Part shown: piece by piece, positions 1 through 10,018 of the stretch
Position numbering within the stretch: position 1 is the stretch's first letter
Layout of the letters: every line of letters starts with the position of its first letter
Source: an uncultured virus (IMG/VR IMGVR_UViG_3300036770_001202)
Lineage: Duplodnaviria > Heunggongvirae > Uroviricota > Caudoviricetes
Strand: one strand, 5' to 3'
Length of the DNA stretch: 64,000 nucleotides
Virus record (IMG/VR): IMGVR_UViG_3300036770_001202
The notes under the pieces: generated by a model
What the model was told of the DNA's origin: nothing
What the model saw: the letters and a program-made list of their open reading frames with translations, nothing else
The model's database searches: none
Translations under genes and position numbers: made by a program

Positions 1-2223
1 GCATTTGATTTGTTCTATTCAGAAATTGAATCTGCAACAGTTAAGGCTTCGCCTTCTCCTCTGATCACCGGTCAAGCCGAAAGTCAAAGAACATCAAGGG
101 ATATTTTCCGAACAGAACTTCAGGTTGAAATTGCACCTGAAGAGGCATGGTCATATAGATTTATTTTAGGTGATGAACCTATTCAAGAAATTGCCGGCAT
201 GACAATTGGCGGCAATACTTTGAATGCAATCTATGATGGTCAGACTGAGACATACGAAAATTATACTTTTGACTTTGTATTAAGAGACTTTCCAAAAACA
301 TACACCGAATTTGTTAAGCAGATTGGTGATGCTAAAGAAGCATTCTCGGTTTCTCTGCCTATCCAAAAAGAGTATGTAAATCAATACTACTCTCGTGGTT
401 TTGGTTACGAAATTTATGATGAAGTAACAATTGCCACTTACGAAAACGAACTTCTATCAGCATTCTCAGAAGTTGGATTGGAACAGTATCATGCGGATGT
501 CGATGCGATTAGCATTCCAATGTTCATATCTCCAAGTCCGACAGGACAATCTGAAGGATCGGAAGACCCAAGAGATATCTTCAGAAGAGAATTCAACGTT
601 GAAATTCTGACGTTCTTAGATGCATCAATTTCTATTGAACCATACATTGTAAGCAACGAAGTATCGACAGACGATATTGAGTTGGATAGAGAACTGCCAA
701 TTATCATCACATTTGATATTCCAGTTGCGGTTCATCAAGAGTATGGCGTTGTAGTAAGTCCTGCGCCATCAGTAGTCGATGTTACCATAACATTCTCTTC
801 AGTTGCACCACAGAAATTCCAAGCAGCAGAAGGTATCGTGTCTGCCTATGGCTTGCTGGTGCAAGACTTGACTTTCTTGGAATATGGTGCAGAAAATCTT
901 GACGATTTAATTGCTGAAGCGGTATATCAAGGAACCAACACCACATTTGGCGACTCGTCATTTAGTCGATACTATAGAACATATCCATTTACCGGAACTG
1001 AAATGATTCAAAGAATCATTACAGTTGAAGATGGAACTATCACGCCTCACAGAGAATTGGTAGTTTCTTATACTACGTCCGGAACTAAACCAATTGCATA
1101 TTTTGATGCACCAATTTCTGCGTTTGAAAACGACACATTAGAACAAAGAAGAATAGAACATTTTGAAGTCTATTATGATACGGTAGATTCACAAGTTATC
1201 AGCGTGTTCCCATCACCGCTGTCAACTGGTCAAGCAATTACCACTAAGAGTGAAAAAGATATCTTTAGAACCGAAATGGTTCAACAAGTTAAAACTACCA
1301 CTCCAGTTACCTCACAGTCAATGGCAGATGCAATTCTTGCTGATGCTGCAAATGAAACCTTTGAAGATTTTTCTCCAGAATCAGAAAATTACGGAATTCA
1401 AAAAACGTATGCGGAAAATACCTTCAACGATTACTTTAGATCGTTTGCTAGATTGACAACTGAAATGGTCAGACAAGTTCCTTCGAATGCGAATGCGTCT
1501 GCGCCTGAAAATCATGATAGGCAATTTGTTGTATCTTACATTGCTACAGGATTTAGATTTGCACTATTTGCAGAAGGAGTTTTTGCGGATTATCAATCCG
1601 ATCAAATTGCTACCCTTGCGGATAGACCTCTGAATGAAATTTTTGGTGCTGTTTATGATAACACAATCAAAGCATCGCCAAGTCCTACTGAGTCTGGATT
1701 CTCTGGACAAACAAAACTCAAAGAAGATATTTTCCAGAATGAGATTGTTGTCAAGCCAAATACAAACGTCAACCCATACAATACTCAGTTTGAAGATTTA
1801 GATATTGAAATTCTGAGTAACCTGACGTTTGATACAGTTGTTCCTGGAACAGAATTGCTAGTTGGTGACCAGCAGTTAAATGCTGAATATCAGCAAGCGC
1901 CGCTAACATTGTCTAACTATATAAGATATGCAAAAGTACCAGGAAGTGTATCTTCATTAGAGGTTAGTTTGACAGAAGTAACTCTAGATGATTACTCAGA
2001 GACTCCACTGGAGTCCGTTGACGAAGATTCCTTCAGCAATACCGTACCGTTCGTGGTAGGAACAGGAACTAACTTTACCTCGGATTATGATCTATTTGAT
2101 GTGTTTGAGGCAAATGACGAATACTTCCTTGTGGAAGCAATCGCCAATACCACTCACATGATAGTTGACAGACACCCAATGTCACCTTATTCCGGAGTTT
2201 ATGCCTACAAGCAGACATTTTAA
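1..2223 (+). CDS. Large acidic baseplate protein, probably gp7-like wedge component; 5'-truncated
   Basis: Frame is open from base 1. Lies directly upstream of gp8. Has internal repeats SPSP..GQ....DIFR.E. Confidence 0.5.
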   Translation, partial: AFDLFYSEIESATVKASPSPLITGQAESQRTSRDIFRTELQVEIAPEEAWSYRFILGDEPIQEIAGMTIGGNTLNAIYDGQTETYENYTFDFVLRDFPKTYTEFVKQIGDAKEAFSVSLPIQKEYVNQYYSRGFGYEIYDEVTIATYENELLSAFSEVGLEQYHADVDAISIPMFISPSPTGQSEGSEDPRDIFRREFNVEILTFLDASISIEPYIVSNEVSTDDIELDRELPIIITFDIPVAVHQEYGVVVSPAPSVVDVTITFSSVAPQKFQAAEGIVSAYGLLVQDLTFLEYGAENLDDLIAEAVYQGTNTTFGDSSFSRYYRTYPFTGTEMIQRIITVEDGTITPHRELVVSYTTSGTKPIAYFDAPISAFENDTLEQRRIEHFEVYYDTVDSQVISVFPSPLSTGQAITTKSEKDIFRTEMVQQVKTTTPVTSQSMADAILADAANETFEDFSPESENYGIQKTYAENTFNDYFRSFARLTTEMVRQVPSNANASAPENHDRQFVVSYIATGFRFALFAEGVFADYQSDQIATLADRPLNEIFGAVYDNTIKASPSPTESGFSGQTKLKEDIFQNEIVVKPNTNVNPYNTQFEDLDIEILSNLTFDTVVPGTELLVGDQQLNAEYQQAPLTLSNYIRYAKVPGSVSSLEVSLTEVTLDDYSETPLESVDEDSFSNTVPFVVGTGTNFTSDYDLFDVFEANDEYFLVEAIANTTHMIVDRHPMSPYSGVYAYKQTF

Positions 2224-2234
2224 CTAAAAAAATG

Positions 2235-2242
2235 TATAAATA
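2235..2242 (+). promoter_or_regulatory. T4-type late promoter
   Basis: TATAAATA in the intergenic region upstream of gp8. Confidence 0.85.
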
Positions 2243-2308
2243 AGTGAATGAAACAAACAACCCATCATTTCTGAAAACTCTCATAAAGTATACTAAAGGA
2301 GAAATTAC

Positions 2309-3595
2309 ATGCCATCAATCGTAACTAGCAAGTTCAGAGTGCATAACGCAGAACAGTTTGCGGAAGCATTTTCTGAATCATCTAACACCATCATGTATCT
2401 GTTTATTGGTAAAAATACAGAATTTCCTGATGATAACGCACCTCCAACACCAGTAAACTCAACTGCAAATATTGAATTTACTCCATGGCGCGACATGTAT
2501 GGTGCAAAGCGTATCACTACCGCTGACGTAACTCACGCAATTCCTCGTCATAACTGGACTACAGGTGTTGTTTATGATCAATATGACGATCAAGACACCA
2601 ACCTGTTAGAAGATGACTTCTATGTAATGACTGAAGATTATAACGTCTACAAGTGCATTTCAAACAACGACGGCGCGGCATCAACAACTAAGCCAACTGG
2701 CGTAAGTTCATCTCAGTTCACTACCGCTGACGGATACATCTGGAAATATATGTATACCGTTACAACGGCTCGCGCTCTGAAGTTCTTGACAAACGACTAC
2801 ATTCCAGTTCAGAAACTTGATTCTGACGATGGTACGGACCAGTGGGACGTTCAAGCAGCAGCAGTTGACGGAGCAATCAACTTCGTCAAGGTTACTTCTG
2901 GTGGTTCTGGCTATGGTTCAGCACCGGCAGTCACTATTTCTGGTGACGGTACTGGCGCAACAGCAAACTGCACAATTTCTGCTGGCGCAGTTACTTCAGT
3001 AACAATTACAAATCCAGGCTCAGGCTACACATATGCAACAGCGACTTTCGCATCCGGCGCAGCAACAGCAGTACCTATCATTTCACCTAAGGGTGGACAT
3101 GGTGCAAACGCAGTTGAAGAACTAGGCGGTAAGTATATCATGTTGAACGTTCGTCTAGACGGCAATGAGTCTAACACTCTGTCTACCGCTAACGAATTCC
3201 GTCAAGTCGGTATCGTTCGCGATCCATACACTTACGGCACTACAACTCGCGCAGTTGCAACTTCATATCGCCAGACATACAAGTATACTCTGACCGGTGT
3301 TTCTAGCGGTCCATTCTTACTTGACGAAACTATTACTAGCGGCTCTAACACCGCAACAGTTGTTGAGTGGGACAACACAAATGGTATTCTGTATGTAAAC
3401 CAGCCATTGAACTATGCATTCGCTAACGGCGCTTCAGTTTCAGGTGGTACATCAGGTGCTTCAGGTACAATTTCTGTAATTGAAAATCCAGGACTGCAAC
3501 CATACTCTGGTGATATTATCTACGTTGAAAACCGTGTGCCTATTTCTAGAGCATCCGATCAGATTGAGGACGTTAAACTTATTATTCAATTCTAA
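2309..3595 (+). CDS. gp8: Baseplate wedge subunit gp8
   Basis: Motifs YNVYKCISN, TADGYIWKYMY, ISPKGGHG, and C-terminal GDIIYVENR...EDVKLIIQF. Confidence 0.9.
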   Translation: MPSIVTSKFRVHNAEQFAEAFSESSNTIMYLFIGKNTEFPDDNAPPTPVNSTANIEFTPWRDMYGAKRITTADVTHAIPRHNWTTGVVYDQYDDQDTNLLEDDFYVMTEDYNVYKCISNNDGAASTTKPTGVSSSQFTTADGYIWKYMYTVTTARALKFLTNDYIPVQKLDSDDGTDQWDVQAAAVDGAINFVKVTSGGSGYGSAPAVTISGDGTGATANCTISAGAVTSVTITNPGSGYTYATATFASGAATAVPIISPKGGHGANAVEELGGKYIMLNVRLDGNESNTLSTANEFRQVGIVRDPYTYGTTTRAVATSYRQTYKYTLTGVSSGPFLLDETITSGSNTATVVEWDNTNGILYVNQPLNYAFANGASVSGGTSGASGTISVIENPGLQPYSGDIIYVENRVPISRASDQIEDVKLIIQF

Positions 3596-3621
3596 TCTAA
3601 GGTTTAATTGGAAATATTTGA

Positions 3622-6600
3622 ATGGCTAATACGAATCCTGGTGGTGTAGAGTTAAACACCAGCCCATATTTTGATGATTATGATGAGGATAAAAAGTTTG
3701 TAAGGGTTCTCTATGTTCCTGGACGCGCAATCCAGGCTAGAGAACTCTCACAGGCTCAAACTCTTCAACAAGTCCAAATTAAGCGTTTTGCTGAATATTT
3801 TTTCAAGCAAGGCGCAATTGTCGATGGGTGTGAACAAAATTTAGATGTTAACTTAAACTTCGCAAAACTTCAGACCCTTTACAATGGGTCTGAAGTTGAT
3901 GTGACAGATTTTGAGAATAAGATCATTTACGGTGCAAATACAGGTATCAAAGCACTTTGTGGACTTGTTTCTGATATTGAAGGTGGCGATCCTAAAACAT
4001 TGTTTGTGAATTATCTTTCAGTAGGTAGTATTGTTTTAACAGTAAACAATGCAACATCTTCTCTTACATCAGGAAATACATTATATCTTTCAACTGGAAA
4101 CACAGCAATCATTGAGGCTACGTTTATTGATCCGGTTGCAGGCACAAACAAAATTATTGTTAAAAATCCTGAAGGTACTTTAACAGCAACAAGTGCTAAC
4201 ACCGTAAATGATGCAGGCGAAACTGTTATTATAGACATTTTCTCTGTATCAGATAAGAGAACAAGTTCGGTATTTGAAAACAATGAAACATTGTTCACTC
4301 TAAGTAAAACTAGCAGAGATTATGCACAGACAACAACAACTCGCGCAACAACGCATATTGTAAATGAAGGTCTTGCTACAGAATCCATTTCGAATTATGG
4401 GTCTAAGATCACTATTGCCGATGGTGTTGTTTGGCTCGCGGATCATTTTGTAAAACATTCAAGACAGTCTATTATCTTAGACAAGTATACAAATACACCT
4501 TCTTATAAAGTTGGTCTTGTTCCACAAAAAACTTTTGTGGATTATATCGCGGACCAAAGCCTTGTTGATAACGCACAAGGAACTCCTAACTTCCAAGCAC
4601 CTGGTGCTGATCGATTTAAGATTGACGTTGTTCTAACTAAAATTGGTCTAGAAGAAGTAACTGGAGAAAATGAATTCTTCACTATTTCCGAGATTGAAAA
4701 TGGTCTCACAAGAAAGAGAAAACTTGCGACCATTGAAAACAAGTTAGAAGAAGTTATTGCAAAAAGAACTAACGAAGAGTCAGGTAACTATACTGTTTCT
4801 GATCCTATCGTCACAGTTAAAGAACACTTAGATACAGGAACAAATGGTGGTAGATACACCGCAGAAGAGGGTGGAAACTCAAATCTTTTATTGCTTGAAG
4901 TTGATCCATTCACCTCATACGTTTCTGGATATCGCAATCAGATTATTGTAAAAACTCCTGTAGAAATTTCAAAAGGTCTTGACACCCAATATGTCGAACA
5001 GACTAAAACACAAATCAACTATGGTCAATACATCGAAGTTAATGAACTAGTTGGTGGCTGGGATTTCATGGAAGCAACTAAAGTTGACTTGTATGATACT
5101 CCACAGCAAGTAATTACAAATCATACATTTTCTTCTGCAAGCGTTACTGGAAATAAAATTGGTGAGGCGCGTGTTCGTGCTATTGAATATGTTTCGGGCA
5201 CGCCAGGTTTGAGTAACGCATCATACTATTTGTATTTGTATGAGATTGAAATGTCATCTGGTAAATCATTTACTCAGGTTCGTTCAATTTATGACTCAGC
5301 GACACCAAAACGATTTGCTGACATTGTTCTTGATCCTTTAGGTAATGCTACTCTGAAAGAAACTTCTTTCAATAGCATGATTTTTAAATTGCCTTTTGAT
5401 GCTATCAAGACAATTAGAGACACGCAGCAAAACATTGAATCTGGTTTCAGATTCAAAAAGAAATTCTCAGTTACCTTCTCTGCCGGTGTTGCTACAATTG
5501 CGACAACTGATTCTAGTGAATCATTCATCGGTACAGGTGTATTGAGCGAAGTTCAAAAAGACAACTTTTATATGGTTGTTGTTAATAATGGTGGATCAGA
5601 TGTTGAAACTTCTAACCTAACAGGCACCGTAACAGTTGGTGCTGGTTCAACATCAGTTGTTGGTTCGGGTACAAGTTTCTCCACTCAACTTAACATTGGC
5701 GACAATATTAAGATTGGCAGCCAAAAAGTTAGAGTTGCTTCAATTGAAAGTAATGTTGGTTTAACTTTAGAAAATTCTCATACAGCAGGTGCTTCAGGTG
5801 CATCTTTCCTAAAAGTTCTTTCAACTGGAGCACCAATCGATTTATCAGGACTTGGTGGCTCAGGATCAACAAGAAGCGTAAACGTTTCTTCACCCGGCAC
5901 AGTAGTTATCGATCTAAAAGAATCGGCAACATTTACTGCTGACGTTATCGTATCTATGGACAGAGCAAACGCAAGAGAAAAGCGTAAGACTCTAAACTAT
6001 AGAACAGAAACTAATCTGAATCCTAATACACATCCTAGCGGAATTTCAGGACCATTTAGTCTTGGATATGGTGACTTGTATCAAATACACTCAATTCATC
6101 AATCCGCAGATTTTGACACCGCGGCGACAACATCAGACACAGACGTTACCAGTAATTATAATGTTGATAATGGACAAAGAGACTATGCATATGAACATGC
6201 AACTATTCGTCCAAAACCAGGCGTAACTCCTACCGGTAGATTGCTTGTGGTGTTTGATCATTTTGTGCATGACACCTCACAAGGTCTTGGTTATGCATCA
6301 GTAGACTCATATCCAGTTAATGATAGTGCTTCTTCAAACACCACAATTAACACTACTGACATTCCTGTATTTACCAGTCCAACAACAGGACGTTCTTTCA
6401 ATCTAAGAGATTGCTTAGACTTCAGACCTATTAAGACTGCCGCAACTGGATTGAATCCAGTTGATCCTGGAACATATCAGATTCCGTCTGGTGGTATTCA
6501 TTTCCCACAGCCAACATCAGACTTTGATGCTGACTTGATTTACTACAAAGGTAGAATCTCTAAAGTCTATATCAATAATAGGGGTGTATTTGGTATCAAT

Positions 6601-9600
6601 GATGGTACTCCTGCATCAGCAGGAAATCAGATTCCTATTACACCACCAACAAAGCCAGACACACTAGAACTTGCTGAGATTGTTGTTCCTCCATATCCTT
6701 CACAGCCTAAAGATGTTGTAATTCGTTTGTTGAAGAACAAGCGTTACACAATGAGAGATATTGGAAAGATGAATGAGAGACTTGAAAGAGTTGAATACTT
6801 CACCTCGCTTTCATTCTTGGAAAAACAAGCAGCAGAAACTACTGAACTTGATTCTGACGGTCTTGACAGATTTAAGAATGGTATCATTGTCGATCCATTC
6901 TCAGGTCACTCAGTTGCATACACAGTGAACGCAGACTTCTCCGCCGCTATCGATAAGATTAATCGTTTCTGCACCACAAAGCAAGATAACGCAAACACAA
7001 TCGACTTTAAATTTCAGTCAGGTTCTTCTACTACAGAAAGACAAGATGGTAACAAAATTATGTTGCCATATACTGAAGTTGAAGCAGCAGGTCTCAAACA
7101 GTCATATGCATCTAAGCAGTTGCGTTTGGCAGAAGAATTGAATTTCTTCTGGACTGGAGACTTGAAAGTTATTCCTCACGTTGATAACTTCTTCGATACA
7201 GTAAACGATCCAGAACAAGCAATTACCTATGATGATACGGGCGATGCAGAAAACTGGAGAGCATTGGTTGACGCATGGAACTCTGAAGTTGCACCACTTA
7301 ATGTTCATTGGGTTGGTGGATCAGAGCAGACCTCTCTTGTTGCTGGGACTGCACAAACAAGAACTGAAGCAGGTGGCACATGGGGTCAAGGACAACAAGT
7401 AACGACACAACTTCAAAGAACAACCGCAGATGCATTTAATCAACTTGCATCAGGCTCTCAATCTGCTACAGGCAAACAAGAAGTTTCTTTCGAACGTGTT
7501 ATTAGAGTTGAAACCGCATTATGGATGAGAGAAAGAGAATTCATCATCCGAGCGAATGGTTTGAAAAACAATTCTAGAATTTACGCATTCTTTGACGGTA
7601 TCAATGTAACTGAAAATTGCTATCAGATTTATCTGAAGAACAATACTACCATTGAAGAATTGAATGATGAATTCGATAATGCTGGATTCTTACAGAATCA
7701 AGGAACAAATTGGGACATTAAAGCAGACGGTTCTATTGACCCAATGTATGTTGAAGATGGTGAAATTTACCTTCTCTTCCGTGTTCCTGAAAAAACATTC
7801 TATGTTGGTCAGCGAGAATTCAAAGTAACAGACAGCCCGACAAATTCTGAAGGCACCACAATCACTAGCGCAAGAAATACCATCTATGCTCAAGGTATTA
7901 AGCAGCAGACCGGTGACTTCACAATTAACTCGCGCCCATACAACGTATCATTTACTGGTGCAGATAATATTGTTCCTCTTGGTAGAAGAACGGTAAACGA
8001 ACAAAGAGTTGAAACTTCAAGAGTTTCTATTCCGCCGCCACCTCGCGTGTCTACAGACCCATTGTCTCAGTCATTCTATGTTGACCCGGATACATATCCA
8101 AATGGATTTTATGTAACTTCTATTGACTTGTATTTTAGAAATAAGTCTCAAGAAGATTCTAGAGGTGTTCGAGTTGAACTCAGAGAAATTGAAAATGGTT
8201 TCCCATCACCTCGCTATGCGGGTGTGGGTGACGAAGCATATTTGAAGAACTCAGAAATTAATACTTCTGAAGATGCGTCAGAGCCAACTAACTTTGCGTT
8301 TAAGAATCCAGTCTATTTGAAACCTGGTTCTGATTATGCATTCTGCATGAAACCAGATAATAATGATCCAGACTTTGCAATTTGGGTTGCTGAACTAGGA
8401 CAAATTGACGTAACCAATCCAGACTTGAATATTAGAATTGAATCTGCGTATAACAGCGGATTGTTATTCTCTTCTTCAAATGATAGAACATGGACAGCGC
8501 GCCAGAATACAGACGCTAAGTTTACCATGTATATTGCAGAGTTTAATATTTCGCAGAGCAGAATTGCATACTGGACAAACTTTGATGTTGCGAATAACAT
8601 CACTTACGATGCTATTCATCCAATCATTGGTGATCAGGTATTGCCAGGCACAGTTATTCAGTATGAAGTTAAAACTGCCGACAGCACATATGCCGTAGAC
8701 GAAGATTGGACTTCAATTAAAAACTATGAAAGACTAAACTTCTCTAGTAGAAAGCAAGTTACAAACTCATCGGCAGAGACAAGTAATGGATTTAAATCGC
8801 TTCAATTAAGAGCAACATTAACATCCATTAACAAATATATTACTCCATATGTTGACGATGAAAACTTGAAGTTTAATCTTTCAAAGAACATCATTAACAA
8901 TGATCTCAATACCGCAATTGATGGTACAGTAACTTACACCTCTGGCACGAATTTTGTTGTTGGAACAGGAACGGATTTCTCTAATACAGTTTTTGCTGGT
9001 GAATACGCATTCTTTGGTGATGAGTATAGAAGAATTCAGAATGTGTCTAATAACACATATCTGACAGTTGATACTAACTTTACCACATCAAATGCAGTAA
9101 GTCAGACTATGACAATTCGCAATGAAGAAAATCCAACAGGACCATATTCTTCGTTGTCTAGATACATTACTAAGATTATTACTTTGAATGACGGATTTGA
9201 AGCGAGTGATCTTGCAGTCTATTTGAATGTAAATAGACCGCCTGGCACAAGTATCAAAGTTTACGCAAAACTTCTGAATGAAAACGATTCGGATGCGTTT
9301 GACGATAAATTCTATACTGAAATGGCTTTAGTTGGTTCGGAAACATTTACCTTGAATCAGTCAGATTTCAAGGAAGAAAAGTATGTATTGCCTGCTGGAG
9401 TAAAAACAGGTGGTGCAGAATTACTAGCCGGTACCGTTACGATTAACAGCGCATCTTCTGTAGTTCAGGGTAGTTCTACAAGATTTACGGAAGATTTGAA
9501 AATTGGCGATACCATTGCAGTTGGTGTTGCGAGAACTGAAAGAGTTGTTTCTACCATTTCAAATAATGAATTCTTGACAGTAGAAAGCAATTTCAGCACA

Positions 9601-9774
9601 ACCGCAAGCGGCGAAGACATTTACCGCGTATTAAATAATGAGGTCGCTTATACTACACCAGACGGAAGAACATTCCAAGGATATAAATACTTCTCGATTA
9701 AGGTAGTATTTTTATCAAGCAATCCGAACTATGCGCCAAAAATTAAAGACCTAAGAGGAATTGCACTAGCATGA
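3622..9774 (+). CDS. VrlC-like/DUF4815 large virion structural protein (2050 aa)
   Basis: N-terminal LNTSPYFDDYD...PGRAIQARELSQ, APGADRFKI, RTNEESGNY, RYTMRDIG, DPLSQSF and C-terminal PKIKDLRGIALA; follows gp8. Confidence 0.8.
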   Translation: MANTNPGGVELNTSPYFDDYDEDKKFVRVLYVPGRAIQARELSQAQTLQQVQIKRFAEYFFKQGAIVDGCEQNLDVNLNFAKLQTLYNGSEVDVTDFENKIIYGANTGIKALCGLVSDIEGGDPKTLFVNYLSVGSIVLTVNNATSSLTSGNTLYLSTGNTAIIEATFIDPVAGTNKIIVKNPEGTLTATSANTVNDAGETVIIDIFSVSDKRTSSVFENNETLFTLSKTSRDYAQTTTTRATTHIVNEGLATESISNYGSKITIADGVVWLADHFVKHSRQSIILDKYTNTPSYKVGLVPQKTFVDYIADQSLVDNAQGTPNFQAPGADRFKIDVVLTKIGLEEVTGENEFFTISEIENGLTRKRKLATIENKLEEVIAKRTNEESGNYTVSDPIVTVKEHLDTGTNGGRYTAEEGGNSNLLLLEVDPFTSYVSGYRNQIIVKTPVEISKGLDTQYVEQTKTQINYGQYIEVNELVGGWDFMEATKVDLYDTPQQVITNHTFSSASVTGNKIGEARVRAIEYVSGTPGLSNASYYLYLYEIEMSSGKSFTQVRSIYDSATPKRFADIVLDPLGNATLKETSFNSMIFKLPFDAIKTIRDTQQNIESGFRFKKKFSVTFSAGVATIATTDSSESFIGTGVLSEVQKDNFYMVVVNNGGSDVETSNLTGTVTVGAGSTSVVGSGTSFSTQLNIGDNIKIGSQKVRVASIESNVGLTLENSHTAGASGASFLKVLSTGAPIDLSGLGGSGSTRSVNVSSPGTVVIDLKESATFTADVIVSMDRANAREKRKTLNYRTETNLNPNTHPSGISGPFSLGYGDLYQIHSIHQSADFDTAATTSDTDVTSNYNVDNGQRDYAYEHATIRPKPGVTPTGRLLVVFDHFVHDTSQGLGYASVDSYPVNDSASSNTTINTTDIPVFTSPTTGRSFNLRDCLDFRPIKTAATGLNPVDPGTYQIPSGGIHFPQPTSDFDADLIYYKGRISKVYINNRGVFGINDGTPASAGNQIPITPPTKPDTLELAEIVVPPYPSQPKDVVIRLLKNKRYTMRDIGKMNERLERVEYFTSLSFLEKQAAETTELDSDGLDRFKNGIIVDPFSGHSVAYTVNADFSAAIDKINRFCTTKQDNANTIDFKFQSGSSTTERQDGNKIMLPYTEVEAAGLKQSYASKQLRLAEELNFFWTGDLKVIPHVDNFFDTVNDPEQAITYDDTGDAENWRALVDAWNSEVAPLNVHWVGGSEQTSLVAGTAQTRTEAGGTWGQGQQVTTQLQRTTADAFNQLASGSQSATGKQEVSFERVIRVETALWMREREFIIRANGLKNNSRIYAFFDGINVTENCYQIYLKNNTTIEELNDEFDNAGFLQNQGTNWDIKADGSIDPMYVEDGEIYLLFRVPEKTFYVGQREFKVTDSPTNSEGTTITSARNTIYAQGIKQQTGDFTINSRPYNVSFTGADNIVPLGRRTVNEQRVETSRVSIPPPPRVSTDPLSQSFYVDPDTYPNGFYVTSIDLYFRNKSQEDSRGVRVELREIENGFPSPRYAGVGDEAYLKNSEINTSEDASEPTNFAFKNPVYLKPGSDYAFCMKPDNNDPDFAIWVAELGQIDVTNPDLNIRIESAYNSGLLFSSSNDRTWTARQNTDAKFTMYIAEFNISQSRIAYWTNFDVANNITYDAIHPIIGDQVLPGTVIQYEVKTADSTYAVDEDWTSIKNYERLNFSSRKQVTNSSAETSNGFKSLQLRATLTSINKYITPYVDDENLKFNLSKNIINNDLNTAIDGTVTYTSGTNFVVGTGTDFSNTVFAGEYAFFGDEYRRIQNVSNNTYLTVDTNFTTSNAVSQTMTIRNEENPTGPYSSLSRYITKIITLNDGFEASDLAVYLNVNRPPGTSIKVYAKLLNENDSDAFDDKFYTEMALVGSETFTLNQSDFKEEKYVLPAGVKTGGAELLAGTVTINSASSVVQGSSTRFTEDLKIGDTIAVGVARTERVVSTISNNEFLTVESNFSTTASGEDIYRVLNNEVAYTTPDGRTFQGYKYFSIKVVFLSSNPNYAPKIKDLRGIALA

Positions 9775-10016
9775 GTTCTAGATTAAGAATTTCTGATCCA
9801 GTTAGGGGCTTTACGGAGAGAGATGCTCACTCCAAGGCTATTTTAAATACAGATATTGACTCACTTTTAAAATATAAGATACAAAAAAGGAAGTCAATCG
9901 ATATAAATAAGAATAGTTCGGAAATAGATGCACTTAAGAATGAGATTGTTCAACTCAAGTGTGATCTGACAGATATTAAAACCCTATTGCTTAAAATTAC
10001 CAAAGAGAGAGAGTAA
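9771..10016 (+). CDS. Small coiled-coil hypothetical virion-module protein
   Basis: ATGA overlap with the upstream gene; TATAAATA at 9682-9689; RD..SKAILNTD motif. Confidence 0.7.
   Translation: MSSRLRISDPVRGFTERDAHSKAILNTDIDSLLKYKIQKRKSIDINKNSSEIDALKNEIVQLKCDLTDIKTLLLKITKERE
9902..9909 (+). promoter_or_regulatory. T4-type late promoter
   Basis: TATAAATA about 110 bp upstream of the ORF at 10019. Confidence 0.65.
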
Positions 10017-10018
10017 CT

